Positions 31,173-32,000 of a stretch of 32,000 nt of DNA are shown here, piece after piece; position 1 is the first letter of the stretch; every line of letters starts with the position of its first letter. The stretch spans positions 120,001 through 152,000 of the forward strand of contig JAUVVC010000001.1 of assembly GCA_030604855.1 (NCBI GenBank), read 5' to 3'. The notes beneath the pieces were generated by a model. It was not told where the DNA came from. It saw only the letters and a program-made list of their open reading frames with translations, and did not search any database. The position numbers and the translations under genes were made by a program. Source of the DNA: Erysipelotrichaceae bacterium (GTDB taxonomy: Bacteria; Bacillota_I; Bacilli_A; Erysipelotrichales; Erysipelotrichaceae).

Positions 31173-32000
31173 ATGTTAAGAAGAAAAACATTATTGAGTA
31201 AATACGCTGAGTTGGCGGTCAAGATCGGGGCAAATGTCCAAAAGGGTCAACCTTTGATGATCAGTGCCAACATCGAAACGAAGGATTTCATCCGTATTTT
31301 GGTTGAAGAAGGCTATAAGGCAGGGGCTTCCCATGTCTTTGTCCGTTACAACGATGAAATCGTGAATCATCATACCTACACTTATTGTGATTTAGAACAA
31401 TTGGGAACCGTTCCAAATTATATCGTGGAACAATTCAATTATTTCATTGAAAAAGGCTATGCCTTGATTTCCGTACATGCGGAAACACCCGGTTTGATGG
31501 CGGACATCGATCCAATCAAGATTCAAACGGCTGCGATCGCACAAAACAAAGCACTTAAATCATGGCGTGAGCACACCATGGGCAATCGTACCCAATGGTG
31601 CGTCATCTCTGTCCCAACCGCAGGTTGGGCTAAGAAGGTCTTCCCTGACATCACGGAAGAAATGGCCATCGATGCTTTGTGGGAAGCCATCTTCAACGCG
31701 GTGCGTGTTCGTGAGGACAATGATCCTGTTGCGGAGTGGGAAAAACACAACGAAACCTTGCACAATCACAATGAAGCCTTGAATACCTACAACTTCAAGT
31801 CCTTGCATTTCAAGAACAGCTTGGGAACCGATCTCACGATCGAACTCATCCCGAATCATGTCTGGGCAGGGGGCAATGAGAAGTCGACCAAGGGGGTCGT
31901 GTTCAATCCAAACATGCCGACCGAAGAAAGCTTCACCATGCCGTATAAATACGGTGTGAATGGTAAAGTCGTTGCGACAAAACCACTCAACTACAATGGT
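31173..32000 (+). CDS. M29-family aminopeptidase (PepS/AmpS/aminopeptidase T-like), 3' end cut by window edge
   Basis: ATG 31173 with AGGAG upstream. The frame is open to the window end, which is why it is absent from the ORF track. LLSKYAELAVKIGANVQKGQPLMISA N-terminus and WCVISVPTAGWAKKVFP are typical of the family. Confidence 0.75.
   Translation, partial: MLRRKTLLSKYAELAVKIGANVQKGQPLMISANIETKDFIRILVEEGYKAGASHVFVRYNDEIVNHHTYTYCDLEQLGTVPNYIVEQFNYFIEKGYALISVHAETPGLMADIDPIKIQTAAIAQNKALKSWREHTMGNRTQWCVISVPTAGWAKKVFPDITEEMAIDALWEAIFNAVRVREDNDPVAEWEKHNETLHNHNEALNTYNFKSLHFKNSLGTDLTIELIPNHVWAGGNEKSTKGVVFNPNMPTEESFTMPYKYGVNGKVVATKPLNYNG

Noticed and set aside
1-32000. Mobile element, genomic island, defence system, CRISPR array, tRNA or rRNA.
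   Set aside because: There is no integrase, transposase or recombinase-like ORF, no spaced direct-repeat array, no terminal inverted repeats and no tRNA- or rRNA-like sequence. The gene content is housekeeping, with Bacilli-like synteny and uniform codon usage.
1-32000. An alternative genetic code (TGA = Trp, as in Mollicutes).
   Set aside because: TGA terminates several conserved genes at the expected lengths (zur, hydC, hydD, the dnaB-like gene). No conserved protein needs read-through of an internal TGA.

Overview
This window looks like ordinary chromosomal core from a low-to-mid GC Firmicutes-type bacterium using the standard genetic code. The polA-mutM-coaE-dnaB-dnaI, radC-mreC-mreD and pfkA-pyk orders are Bacilli/Erysipelotrichia-like. 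TGA is used as a stop. Coding density is high and neighbours are often translationally coupled through ATGA, TAATG or ATGCTTGA overlaps.

Gene content, left to right:
- znuA(partial)-znuC-znuB-zur zinc uptake operon.
- A cytoplasmic TPR-GAF-GGDEF diguanylate cyclase.
- A four-gene NADH-linked [FeFe] hydrogenase operon (hydC-hydD-hydB-hydA), running without a terminator into ribD (reductase only), ribBA and an alpha/beta hydrolase.
- A glutathione peroxidase with a small membrane protein.
- An uncharacterised PEPCK/HprK-fold P-loop protein coupled to a YwaF/TP0381-type membrane protein.
- Two Cof-type HAD phosphatases and a GPH sugar symporter.
- Two unannotated small ORFs, then radC-mreCD.
- A TroA-fold lipoprotein that lacks the metal ligands.
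- polA, mutM, coaE, dnaB-like, dnaI, pfkA, pyk, a ROK kinase and an M29 aminopeptidase (partial).

I found no rRNA, tRNA, CRISPR array, transposase, integrase or recognisable defence genes. Nothing here is a clear novel system.

The most interesting items:
- Two near-consensus Rex boxes at the hydrogenase promoter.
- A non-canonical H-cluster L1 motif (TSCSPGW) in HydA.
- A RibBA whose DHBP-synthase half looks catalytically degenerate.
- The PEPCK/HprK-like plus YwaF gene pair.
- The small-ORF pair upstream of radC.

All functional calls come from motif recognition by eye. No database search was run.
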